A DNA stretch of 63,868 nt, the filler included, from Octopus bimaculoides (lineage: Eukaryota), in the NCBI RefSeq assembly GCF_001194135.2. It is 4 parts of 4 records of this genome, joined end to end, with 100 filler letters (N's around TTAATTAATTAA, not from the genome) between each part and the next. Parts side by side here need not be neighbours in the genome. Positions count along the whole stretch, not along the records: positions 1 to 13,334 come from NC_069007.1; 3 more parts are not named here. One strand, 5' to 3'. How positions within the stretch are numbered: the stretch's first letter is position 1; the number at the start of each line of letters is the position of its first letter. The translations under genes and the position numbers were made by a program. Shown piece after piece: positions 1-9,894 of this stretch. The notes beneath the pieces are model-generated. The model searched no databases and had not been told where the DNA came from. It saw nothing but the letters and a program-made list of their open reading frames with translations.

Positions 1-69
1 AATTCCTCCCCCACCACCAAGCAGGCTATTTACATGCTAGAAATAACAGCCAAATCTCACAAAACTAGT

Positions 70-126
70 GTTAGGGTTAGGTTTAGGGTCAGGGTTACGG
101 TTAGGGTTTGAGTTAGGGTTAGGTTT
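70..126 (+). repeat. Degenerate TTAGGG-like array (interstitial telomere-like repeat)
   Basis: gttagggttaggtttagggtcagggttacggttagggtttgagttagggttagg: about 9 imperfect hexamers. Confidence 0.75.
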
Positions 127-652
127 ACCCTGTGGATCTATATAAAAACCGGGGGGTGGGGGGAATCAAAATTTTGAAATTGGGATTTTTGAAAAAAATT
201 TTTCAGAATCGGAATCTCCATAGCCTAAAACGTGGGATTCCGTAAAAAAAATATAATAAGTGGGGAAAGGTTCAGATTACATATAGTCCATCTGGACCAT
301 TTTAGCAGCTGTCGATAGATATATAGATAAGAGTGACGATACCGAAACGAAAGCTGTGTGAGTAAGAAACTCAGTGGCGGACGAGACAACTGTATCACTG
401 GTGAAATCCTAGGTCTGTCTGTGACGGTCAACCTCTCTCGGCCTTATTCCTTACCGAATGCCCATATTTATAATGGTACAGACCATGCACACAGCTATTT
501 GACAGGCGACAAGCTTCTTTCAGATTCCATCTATTAAATCCACTCACATGGCTTTGATTAGGTCAGCATGGTCACATTCCAATGACTGAAACCTAGAATT
601 CTCATCTTCTTAAGCATGCTATATATCTTATTCTGTTTCTCTTTTATTTCAG

Positions 653-860
653 AACCTCAGATGACATTGACAAGAGAGAATATTTCACTTCAGTATCCTC
701 GAAGATAGTATTCAGAATGGATGCATAGATCTTTGAGGAATTCTATTGAAATTTGTTTTGTGAACAAAATTTCTCAAACGTCACTGTTTGGAATGTGTGC
801 AAGATTTTTGGATTCCAGTTAAAGTTGAATGGATTTGCTGCATCTTTAGATATCAACAAN
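653..860 (+). other. Probable 5' UTR part of the terminal exon of ZNF paralog A
   Basis: Strong acceptor ttctgtttctcttttatttcAG (AG at 651-652). All three frames close quickly. Near-identical copy with the same acceptor at 8393-8394. Confidence 0.55.
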
Positions 861-870
861 NNNNNNNNNA

Positions 871-990
871 CTCTGCCAAATTAGATTGGAGCCTGGTGTT
901 GCCATCCGGTTTCACCAGTCCTCAGTCAAATCGTCCAACCCATGCTAGCATGGAAAGCGGACGTTAAACGATGATGATGATGATGATGAT
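871..990 (+). mobile_element. 3' tail of a SINE/RTE-type retroelement ending in (GAT)n
   Basis: gttgccatccggtttcaccagtcctcagtcaaatcgtccaacccatgctagc also occurs at ~12529-12580. (GAT)n tail follows. Not present at the matching position in paralog B. Confidence 0.75.
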
Positions 991-1083
991 ATATATATAG
1001 ATGTGATAGAGGAGAAATTATTAAATTATTTAAAAACGAATTATGTGAGAAAGTGAAAGAATTGAGTTTATTTTCCTCAAGAG

Positions 1084-1743
1084 ATGGCAGAAGAGACAGG
1101 GAAATCAACAGACAGTAGTGATATCTGTGAAAAGTTATCCTCTCGAAAACGTAACATCTTGACTCCCAAACGAACTCTCAAAGTAGCAAAGCCACATCGC
1201 TGTGATATTTGCGGTAAAATCTTTTCTGAAAATAATCTCTTAGTTAGACACAAACGCATACATACAGGTGAGAAACCATATCACTGTGATGTCTGTGATA
1301 AATCATTCTCTGAAAGAAGTCGCTTGACAACTCACAAACGTACACATACAGGAGAAAAACCATATCTTTGTGATATCTGTGGCAAAACGTTCTATCAAAA
1401 ATGTCACTTAACTGAACACAAGTACTTTCATTCAGGAGAGAAGCCATTTCACTGTGATGTCTGCTCTAAATCATTTTTTCAAAAGAGTCACTTGACTGCA
1501 CATAAGAACATTCATACAGGAGAGAAGCCATATCACTGTGATGTCTGTGGTAAATCATTCTCTGAAGGAAGTACCTTAACTAAACATAAACGTAGCCATT
1601 CAGGAATCAAACCTTTTAAATGTGATATCTGTGGTAAATCATTCTCTTTAGCAAGTCACTTAAACAGACACAAACTCATTCATACAGGAAACAATCCATA
1701 TCACTGTGATACTTGCTGCAAATCATTATCTATTGTAACTTAA
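1084..1743 (+). CDS. C2H2 zinc-finger protein (paralog A): 6 complete fingers, a degenerate N-terminal finger and a truncated 7th
   Basis: 219-aa ORF of CxxC-x12-HxxxH units joined by TGEKPY-type linkers. No KRAB or other effector domain visible. Confidence 0.9.
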   Translation: MAEETGKSTDSSDICEKLSSRKRNILTPKRTLKVAKPHRCDICGKIFSENNLLVRHKRIHTGEKPYHCDVCDKSFSERSRLTTHKRTHTGEKPYLCDICGKTFYQKCHLTEHKYFHSGEKPFHCDVCSKSFFQKSHLTAHKNIHTGEKPYHCDVCGKSFSEGSTLTKHKRSHSGIKPFKCDICGKSFSLASHLNRHKLIHTGNNPYHCDTCCKSLSIVT

Positions 1744-1950
1744 CTGGACACAAGTGTATTCATCAATACTTGATGAATCATATTTTGAAGGGAAGTACCT
1801 TGAATAATCCACATGATTATTCAATATCTTGAATAATCCACTCAGAGAGAAGTGAATATCATGAATGTAACCCTATCTATGGTAAAGTATTCTCTCAAAG
1901 TAGCCACTTAGCTACACCTGTATGCATTCATACAGAAGATTAACCACATA
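1744..1950 (+). pseudogene. Degenerate zinc-finger relics downstream of the paralog A stop codon
   Basis: Out-of-frame remnants (ggacacaagtgtattcat = GHKCIH; cactcagagagaag; tatggtaaagtattctctcaaagtagccactta; attcatacagaa). Confidence 0.65.
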
Positions 1951-2139
1951 GTGTCAAAAATCTTTCCATAAATCTAATGTTATATAACCATCGGTGTATC
2001 TGTTACACAAAGAAGATATAGCAATCTTCAGACACTGTATAACCATATCTATGTCCACTTTAATGCAATAAATTATAACTGATATTTTTAATAAATCATT
2101 CTTTCAGATTATTTATATATGTTCATCTAATGTATAGTC

Positions 2140-2490
2140 TGTGGTTGTGAAGCTTGCTTGCTAACCATGTGGTCTCAAGTTCAGTCCCACTGTACAGTAC
2201 TTTGGGCAAGTGATTTTTTGTTTTCTGGTCTCAGCCTGACCAAAGCCTTGTGAGTGGATTTGGTAGATGGAAACTGGAAGAATCTCCTATGTGTGTGTGT
2301 TTGTGTGTACCCTTGTCTCGATATTACCCTTACACAAGCAGTGTTATTTATTTCCAAATGTCTGGCCATGAGGAAATATTACTTGGGAACAAGTGAGGAA
2401 TGACCACAAGAAAGGCATTCTGCTGTAGAGAATCTTCATCAAAACTCCATCTGATCCATGCAAAGTGTAGAAAAATGGATGTTAAAATGA
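2140..2490 (+). mobile_element. tRNA-derived CORE-type SINE with RTE-like tail
   Basis: Head gttgtgaagcttgcttgctaaccatgtggtctcaagttcagtccc, CORE-like (c/t)ttgggcaagt, body ccaaagccttgtgagtggatttggtag. Homologs at 3170, 4789, 9895, 52545. Confidence 0.75.
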
Positions 2491-2526
2491 TGAACAAACA
2501 TGATTTATTTATTTGACATTGCATAT

Positions 2527-2905
2527 GTTGTTGGCAGTCCGTCGCTTACAACGTCGAGGGTTCCAGTTGATCTGATCAACGGAACAGCCTGCTTGTGAAA
2601 TTAACGTGCAAGTGGTTGAGCAATCGACAGACATGTGTACCCTTAATGTAGTTCTCAGGGGATATTCAGCGTGACACAGTGTGACAAGGCTGACCCTTTG
2701 AAATACAGGTACAACAGGAAGAAAGAGTGAGAGAAAGTTGTGGTGAAAGAGTACAGCAGGGTTCGCCACCATCCCCTGCTGGAGCCTCGTGGAGCTTTAG
2801 GTGTTTTCGCTCAATAAACACTCACAACACCCGGTCTGGGAATCGAAACTGCGACCCTATGACCGCGAGTCTGCTGCCCTAACCAATAGGCCATTGTGCC
2901 TCCAC
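2527..2905 (-). mobile_element. tRNA-derived SINE family A (~380 bp), full length
   Basis: 13-bp TSD tgacattgcatat at 2514-2526 and 2906-2918. Homologous to the 39691-40078 copy. (CAA)n tail. Confidence 0.9.
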
Positions 2906-3169
2906 TGACATTGCATATAAACAGCTGAGAAATGTACTGCCATTGAATAATGAGAACATCACTTTTTTAAAATGTAGTTTCCCCATATGTATGCATCAGA
3001 TGGTTATTTTGAGTCTAATGTTAAGACTGTGGCGCCATATCACCATGTGAGATGTATCCAAATTTCTAGAAGAAAGAGTGAGTTGAATTGCATAAAATCT
3101 AGAGGTTTCAGAAGAAAACTAACTCAAGATCTGAATTCAGCTTGCTCAATAACGCATCTATATATTTCG

Positions 3170-3310
3170 TCTGTGTGGTTGTGAAGCTTGGTTGCTAACC
3201 ATGTGGTCTCAAGCTCAGTCCCACAGCACAGCACTTTGGGCAAGTGTTTTTTTTTTCTGGCCTCAAGCTTACCAAAGCCTTGAGTGAATTTGGTAGATAG
3301 AAACTGCTAT
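3170..3310 (+). mobile_element. CORE-type SINE fragment
   Basis: Same head and body as 2140-2290. Confidence 0.7.
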
Positions 3311-3522
3311 TAACGCAACAAAAACATTGTTTCCTTGTGATAATCAGTGGAGATGAACTTAAAAAGGGAAATAATGCACTGCTAACATTGAAGTAGGACA
3401 TGATACTGACTTACAAACCCTTAATATTCTTAATAGTATATTATGGTTGCAAATTGAAATACGATATACCTACCAGCTACTGATATGTGTACATAGGGGC
3501 AGTGTGGTAAGAAGCTTGCTGC

Positions 3523-4788
3523 TGCGCATGCGTCAGGTTATTTGCTGTCTGGATTTTGTAAGAGTCGGCCGTAGTTTTTTGTGTTGCTTAGAAGATGTAC
3601 TCAGACCTTGGCAGGTCTGAGTTGTCGTCAGAGGAGGAGCTGGTAAGGGCGGTCATAAAGATGGACAGAGTGTTGAAGACAAAGAGTTTTGCTGAAGCCA
3701 CGGAGGTGAAGCGAAGGGAGCTGGACTTGGCTGGTCTGAAGGAGTACGAGAAGATGGCTCAGAAGGTGGGCGTCGACGTGAAGCTGTCACTCCCCAAAGG
3801 AATTATGGAGAGGATGGAGAAGAAAATGAAGGTGTACTTGTTGAAAGGAAAAATGGTAGAACAGGTGGAGGCAGAAGTGGAAAAGGTGCTGAAGGAACAA
3901 TCAAAGGAGATAATGTACATAACCAAAGGAAGAAGATATGGGACAATGGTCGTCCAATTTAGGACAGTAGAGGAGGCGAGTGTGGTGGTGCTTCTGCCCA
4001 CATACCATGGAAGAAAGACTTCCAAGGTGAGGGTAGAAGCAATTCCACCGGATATAGAAGAGGCAGCTGTCCTTGTCCTCCAAGCCACAGAAATGGAAGA
4101 AGTAGGGTGGAAAGGAAGGACACCTGATCTTATTATTCAGGTGGAGGAGGGTCAACTGGAGAACTCGGCAGTGACGGTGACGTTGGAGGGAAATCGTGCT
4201 GAGGGTGTGGGTAGAGGGCAGAGTACCACATTTTAAATGTGGCTGAAAGGGCCACATTAGAGCATACTGCAGAGGATAATGGCTGTGGAGATGGAAGAGA
4301 AAAGAGAGGAAGAATGGGAAGTTACAGAGAGCAGGAGAAAGATGTGGTACCCTAGTCCAACTCCATCCTACCCAAGACCACTCAGACCCACCCACCCCAT
4401 TTCCCCTACAAGAAAAAAATAAAGAAAGAGAAAGAACAGACACTACAAAATTTAAAAGACCCCACCCCCACGGTGAAAAAGGTTACGAATGCATGGCGGA
4501 GAGAATGATGTTACTAAGTGATGGAGAAAGAGGGAAAAGGATTTGACTGAAGGAGAAAAAGGACTTAGGACCCAGAGGCGGCGAGTAGTGTTACTCCAGT
4601 GTGGGACAAGTAGCACACTCTTCATAATATCATTTTCAGATATCATTCATGTTATCATATTTTAATTTGTTTTTCATGTGTCATTCATTATATCATTTTA
4701 TTTTTATATTTTTAATTGTTATATGCCCCCCACATGTGTTGTAGTATCTGCCTCTGTGTAATGCCTTTATGGCAATTTAAAAGAAATA
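3523..4788 (+). mobile_element. ORF1-only (HAL1-like) L1/Tx1-clade non-autonomous retroelement inserted in a SINE head
   Basis: Perfect 14-bp TSD aagaagcttgctgc at 3509-3522 and 4789-4802. Contains 5' UTR, ORF1-like ORF, T-rich 3' UTR and AATAAA at 4785-4790. No EN or RT. Confidence 0.75.
3595..4236 (+). CDS. L1/Tx1-type ORF1 (gag-like) protein, frameshifted just before its CCHC knuckle
   Basis: RRM-like segments (GTMVVQFRTVEEA; KTSKVRVEAIPPDI). Alternative frame at ~4229-4270 reads H-F-K-C-G-*-K-G-H-I-R-A-Y-C, a degenerate CCHC. Confidence 0.65.
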   Translation: MYSDLGRSELSSEEELVRAVIKMDRVLKTKSFAEATEVKRRELDLAGLKEYEKMAQKVGVDVKLSLPKGIMERMEKKMKVYLLKGKMVEQVEAEVEKVLKEQSKEIMYITKGRRYGTMVVQFRTVEEASVVVLLPTYHGRKTSKVRVEAIPPDIEEAAVLVLQATEMEEVGWKGRTPDLIIQVEEGQLENSAVTVTLEGNRAEGVGRGQSTTF

Positions 4789-5170
4789 AAGAAGCTTGCT
4801 GCCCAACTACATGGTTCTGGGTTCAGTCCCACTGCATGGCACCTTGGGCAAGTGTCTTCTATTATAGCCTCGGGCCGACCAAAGCCTTGTGAGCGGATTT
4901 GGTGGACGGAAACTGAAAGAAGCTCGTTGTATGTATGTATATATATATATATGTATGTGTGTCTATATGTTTGTGTGTCTGTTTGTCCCCTCAACATCGC
5001 TTGATAACCGATGGTGGTGTGTTTACGTCCCCGTAACTTAGCAGTTCGGCAAAAGGGGCCGATAGAATAAGTACTAGGCTTACAAAGAATAAGTCCTGGA
5101 GTCAATTTGCTCGACTAAAGGCGGTGCTCCAGCATGGCCACGGTCAAATGACTGAAACAAGTAAAAGAGT
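4789..5170 (+). mobile_element. Remainder of the interrupted CORE-type SINE (its 5' end is at ~3495-3522)
   Basis: accttgggcaagtgtcttctattatagcctcgggccgaccaaagcc, internal (TA)/(TG) microsatellite, tail gaataagtcctgg...cagcatggccacggtcaaatgactgaaacaag. Confidence 0.8.
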
Positions 5171-5229
5171 GTATATATATATATATATATATATCTGTGT
5201 GTGTGTGTGTATGTATATACTTGTGTGTT

Positions 5230-5625
5230 TGTGTCTGTCCCCCAACCATCGCTTGACAACCGATGTTGGTGGGTGTCTTTACTGAGCGGTTCAGAAATAT
5301 TGATCGATAGAATAACTACTAGGCTTACAAAGAATAAGTCCTAGGGTCGATTTGTTCGACTAAAGACGGTGCCCCAGCATGGCCGCAGTCAAATGACTGA
5401 AGCAAATAAAAGAATATAGCTATGCGTAGGTGTTTGTGACCAAACACTGCTTGACAACCGGTGTTTGTTTGCGTTCCCGGAAATTAGCGCTTCTGCAAAA
5501 AGAGACACGATAGAATAAATATCTTTTTAATATAAATATCTTAAAAAAACATAAGTACTGGGGTCGGTTCGTTCGACAGAAACCCTTCGAGCTGGTGTTC
5601 CAGCATGACCACCGTCTAATGACAG
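5230..5625 (+). repeat. Two further tandem copies of the SINE tail module
   Basis: cttgacaaccg...gatagaataa...gggtcg...cagcatg...gtc(a)aatgac recurs at ~5240-5415 and ~5445-5625. Confidence 0.75.
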
Positions 5626-5743
5626 AAATAAATACGTGTGTGTAGGCCGTTCTTGCACCACAGCATGTGTCTGTTTGTGTGTGCGTGTGTATAAGCCGTC
5701 GTGCGCTTTAATACGTGTGTGTGTCTGTGAGTGTTTATATGTA

Positions 5744-5780
5744 ATTTGCACTTACGTCATGCGCATGGTCAACCGGAAGT
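5744..5780. promoter_or_regulatory. Compact housekeeping-type promoter motif cluster (candidate promoter of ZNF paralog B)
   Basis: ATTTGCAC octamer-like 5744-5751, TTACGTCAT CRE/ATF 5752-5760, TGCGCATG NRF1-like 5760-5767, CCGGAAGT ETS 5773-5780. Candidate donor GTAATG at 6029. Confidence 0.45.
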
Positions 5781-6097
5781 CAGTCCCACCTCTTAGGAAT
5801 TGACGCCAAAGGAAGGGATTTTGGTTTAATTCTTTGCCACTAATTAACTTTAATTTGTGAATATAATGTTAACAAACAAACAACAAAAGCTGTAGAGCTA
5901 TTTTAACCATCAACAAACAAATGCAGAGAGAGAGAGAGAGCTGAGCAGCGGAAGGTCTTTGGAGAAGCTATGTGCCATTATCTTAGTCACGTCCCCTGGA
6001 AGAAATATATATCGAGCTTCAAGTGATGGTAATGTAATAATTGTTTTTAACTACCTTATCACACAATGTGTCCGTATGTATAATTTGAATATATCTA

Positions 6098-7139
6098 CAG
6101 GGTGCTATGGGTAAACTGTCGCTATTTTATATTCTTTTATTTCGCTGATGCGCCTTGTTTTTGATTTTGTCTTCTGCACAATATGATAGGGTCAGTTGGT
6201 CACCGTCTGTGTGAAAAACAGCACCATGACGCAATTCACTCTCTAAGAAATTTGGGAACGACATGCTGTACCGGTTGGCATTCGCGCCGGAACATTTCGG
6301 AGTGTTTTTGTCAATCTGAGGACTTGTGACAAAAGTGATGAAAATCAAACATCCAGTCAACATCATGGTGTTTGGAGTGATCACTAATGGTGATGACGTT
6401 ATTCCTCCATTCATTTCCCCCACACGGCCTTAGTCTCAACACTGAGGCCTACATCAAGTGCCTGGAGGAGGTAGTGCTGCCCTGGATCAAAAGGGTGGTT
6501 GCTAGAAGACCTTGTGTCTAACGGTCAGTGGTGCTTTCCCATCCCTCTCTCAGAACAGCTTGAGTCAGTGGTGATGGCTGCAGGCTCACCGTATCGTCTT
6601 CCCCAGTCATTTCCCACCCCTCCTTTACGGAAAAGGCCGATTAGATGTAAACAAAACCATCTGCTTCAGTTGACAGTCACATCAAAACGAAAGATAGCCC
6701 CTTGTGCCTGGCAACAGGACTGCACTATGTCACACAAGCAGGAGAACCCAGTCATGGCTGTCAGACAATTTTTGCGATCACATCACCCCTAACATCTGGC
6801 CACTTAACTCCCCACACTGCAATCCTCTTGATTATTATGTGTGGGGCACAGTTGAGCAAGAGACCAACAGAACTCCTTGTAACACCTAAGATGAACTGAA
6901 GGTAAGGATTATGGCAACATTCACCAACTTAAAGGAGACAATCCAGAAGAATTGCAGGAGATTCTGAAGTCGTCTGGAGGCCGTGGTTAAATCTACTGGC
7001 GATTTCATTGAATAATTTACTCCTTAGTATTTCAAGATATTTTTATGTAATTTTGGTAAATGTATCTGTTAAAATGAGATGTCAGTGTTATTTTCATTTT
7101 TGTGTAATTTAGACGACAGTCTAAATTCACTGCACCCTG
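6098..7139 (+). mobile_element. Tc1/mariner DD37D (maT-type) transposon, internally deleted and interrupted
   Basis: TA flanks at 6096-97 and 7140-41. TIRs begin cagggtgc. Transposase remnants MVFGVIT..., WQQD...WPLNSPHCNPLDYYVW give 37-aa spacing after restoring a 2-nt deletion. Confidence 0.85.
6519..6699. other. ~180-bp insertion of unknown origin inside the DD37D transposase
   Basis: Flanked by ccttgtgtc (6510-6518) and ccttgtgcc (6700-6708). Removing it restores RP(C)VWQQD. Confidence 0.7.
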
Positions 7140-7209
7140 TATATTGCTGTATCAACTGCAGTATTGGATGTTATACACCGCTTGTTAAAATGCGCTTTCT
7201 TGCACTGTT

Positions 7210-7370
7210 GTAAGCTTTCGAATGCTGCTACCCACCCTGTTGTGCAGGCAGGCTAGCATTCCCTCTGAACAGAAAGCTATTCTGTTGCTGGTTTATCCAT
7301 TTGCAGATGAGTGAACTGGAGCAATGTGAAAAGAAGTCTTTTGCTCATGAGCATAACACACCACCTGTAC
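7210..7370 (-). mobile_element. Degraded SINE fragment
   Basis: ccatttgcagatgagtgaactggagcaatgtgaaaagaagtcttttgctcatgagcataacac resembles the 31810-31870 and 32840-32900 segments. Confidence 0.55.
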
Positions 7371-7529
7371 GATAACGTGACCATTTATCTGTTTTATCAT
7401 GATGTGCATGTTTCTATCTTTTACTTGTGTGAGTCATTGGACGGCAGCCTTGCTGTTGGCACCATCCTGAATGGCTTTTTGTTCTTTAGCAGACATGCAA
7501 CTCTGAGACCAAAAACAAAAGATGGCATC

Positions 7530-7810
7530 TTCTACTATAGCCTCAGGCCAACCCAAGCCTTGTGAATGGATTTAGTACACGGAAACTAAAAGAAGCCCAT
7601 CATGTATATATAGATATATATATGCGTGTGTGTCTTTCTGTCTGTTTGTCCCCCCCCCTTCCTCATCGCTCCTATTGCTTAACAGTCGGGCAGAAGCAAC
7701 TGGTAGAATAAGTGCTGGCATTAATTCATTCGATTAAAGATTGAAGGTGGTGCCCCAGCATGGCCACAGTCTAATGACAAACAAATGAAAAGCAAAAGAT
7801 AAAAGAACTA
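7530..7810 (+). mobile_element. CORE-type SINE remnant with tail
   Basis: ctatagcctcaggccaacccaagccttgtgaatggatttag; tail ggtggtgccccagcatggccacagtctaatgac. Confidence 0.65.
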
Positions 7811-7862
7811 AATCAATTTGGTACGTTTTCTCTTNNNNNNNNNNNNNNNNNNNNNNNNNNNN

Positions 7863-8150
7863 ATGATGTAGGTTCATCTGGGATCTTGGACTGCAGAAAT
7901 TCAAGGTGTTTCTTCAAAATATCTGCTGCTACTGCATGTAGATCTCTAAGGTTTTTCTTGGCAAGATATTTAATAGCTGTGGGCCTTCGAATCCCAAGGT
8001 ATTGCTGTATCTGGTCCTTATTATTGATGGGATGGATAGGGCCTTTAGAACAATGATGTGATGACCTGTTTGGGGGCTGGTATAACTCTGGATCCAAAGT
8101 TTAGTGCCAGCCCTTCTAGGATTTTTCATATGTATTTTCCCACATTCCCA
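7863..8150 (-). mobile_element. CR1/L2-like LINE ORF2 3' fragment
   Basis: Minus-strand LGFEGPQLLNILP...LRDLH...FLQSKIPDEPTS, the same C-terminal motif family as 33430-33640. Confidence 0.7.
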
Positions 8151-8394
8151 TCTTTGCGCCACATGCATATATATATATATAATATATATATATATATTAT
8201 ATATATATATATATTATATATATATACATACATATACACACACAGCTATTTGACATGTGACAGGCTTCTTTCAGTTTCCATCTATTAAATCCACTCACAT
8301 GGCTTGGATTAAGTCACATTCTAGAATTCTCACTGTTTTTCTCTCATCTTCTTAAGTATGCTATATGTCTTATTCTGTTTCTCTTTTATTTCAG

Positions 8395-8690
8395 AACCTC
8401 AGATGACATTGATAGGAGAGAATATTTCACTTCAGTATCCTAGAAGATAGTATTCAGAAAAGATAGAATGGATGCATAGATCTAAATAAATCTTTGAGGA
8501 ATTCTATTGAAATTTGTTTTGTGAACAAAATTTCTCAAACGTCACTGTTTGGAATGTGTGCATGATTTTTGGATTCCAGTTAAAGTTGAATGGATTTGCT
8601 GCATCTTTAGATATCAACAAAGATCACTGCTGATGGAAATATAAGTGTTAAAATATTTATGATTAAACTGTAAATACAACTATATATATA
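8395..8690 (+). other. Probable 5' UTR part of the terminal exon of ZNF paralog B
   Basis: Acceptor ttctgtttctcttttatttcAG (AG at 8393-8394). Paralogous to 653-860. Confidence 0.55.
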
Positions 8691-9084
8691 TATATATNNN
8701 NNNNNNNNNNNNNNNNNNNNNNNNNNNNNNNNNNNNNNNNNNNNNNNNNNNNNNNNNNNNNNNNNNNNNNNNNNNNNNNNNNNNNNNNNNNNNNNNNNNN
8801 NNNNNNNNNNNNNNNNNNNNNNNNNNNNNNNNNNNNNNNNNNNNNNNNNNNNNNNNNNNNNNNNNNNNNNNNNNNNNNNNNNNNNNNNNNNNNNNNNNNN
8901 NNNNNNNNNNNNNNNNNNNNNNNNNNNNNNNNNNNNNNNNNNNNNNNNNNNNNNNNNNNNNNNNNNNNNNNNNNNNNNNNNNNNNNNNNNNNNNNNNNNN
9001 NNNNNNNNNNNNNNNNNNNNNNNNNNNNNNNNNNNNNNNNNNNNNNNNNNNNNNNNNNNNNNNNNNNNNNNNNNNNNNNNNNNN

Positions 9085-9540
9085 GATGACTGTGGTAAAT
9101 CATTCACAGAAGCGAGTCACTTGACAGCTCACAAACGTACGCATACCGGAGAAAAACCATATCTTTGTGATATTTGTGGCAAAATGTTCTATCAAAAATC
9201 TCACTTAACCGAACACAAGTATTTTCATACAGGAGAGAAGCCATTTCACTGTGATGTCTGCTCTAAATCATTCTCTCGTAAAAGCCACTTGACTGCACAT
9301 AAGAACATTCATACAGGAGAGAAGCCATATCACTGTGATGTCTGTGGTAAGTCTTTCTCAGAAGGAAGTACCTTAACTAAACATAAACGTAGCCATTCAG
9401 GAATCAAACCTTTTAAATGTGATATCTGTGGTAGATCATTCTCTCAGGTAGGTAGCTTAAAAAGACACAAACTCGTTCATGCAGGAGACAATCCATACCA
9501 CTGTGATACTTGCTGCAAATCATTATCTATTGTAACTTGA
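9085..9540 (+). CDS. C2H2 zinc-finger protein (paralog B), 5' end hidden in an N gap
   Basis: Frame GKSFTEASHLTAHKRTHTGEKPY...CDTCCKSLSIVT* is colinear with fingers 2-7 of paralog A and stops at the same position. Confidence 0.85.
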   Translation, partial: DDCGKSFTEASHLTAHKRTHTGEKPYLCDICGKMFYQKSHLTEHKYFHTGEKPFHCDVCSKSFSRKSHLTAHKNIHTGEKPYHCDVCGKSFSEGSTLTKHKRSHSGIKPFKCDICGRSFSQVGSLKRHKLVHAGDNPYHCDTCCKSLSIVT

Positions 9541-9894
9541 CTGGACACAGGTGTATTTGATTGATCATTTTCTGAAGGGAAGAACCTTGAATAATCCACA
9601 TGTACACTCAGAGAAGAGAATATCACCCTATCTATGGTAAAGTATTCTCTCAAAACACCCACTCAACTACACATGTATATATTCATACAGAAGATTAACC
9701 ACATAGTGTCAAAAATCTTTCCATAAATCTAATGTTATATAACCACCGGTGTATCTGTTTGACAAAGAAGATATAGCAATCTTCAGACACTTTGTATAAC
9801 CATATCTATGTCCACTTTAATGCAATAAATTATAACTGATATTTTTAATAAATCGTTCTTTCAGAATATTTATATATGTTCATCTAATGTATAG

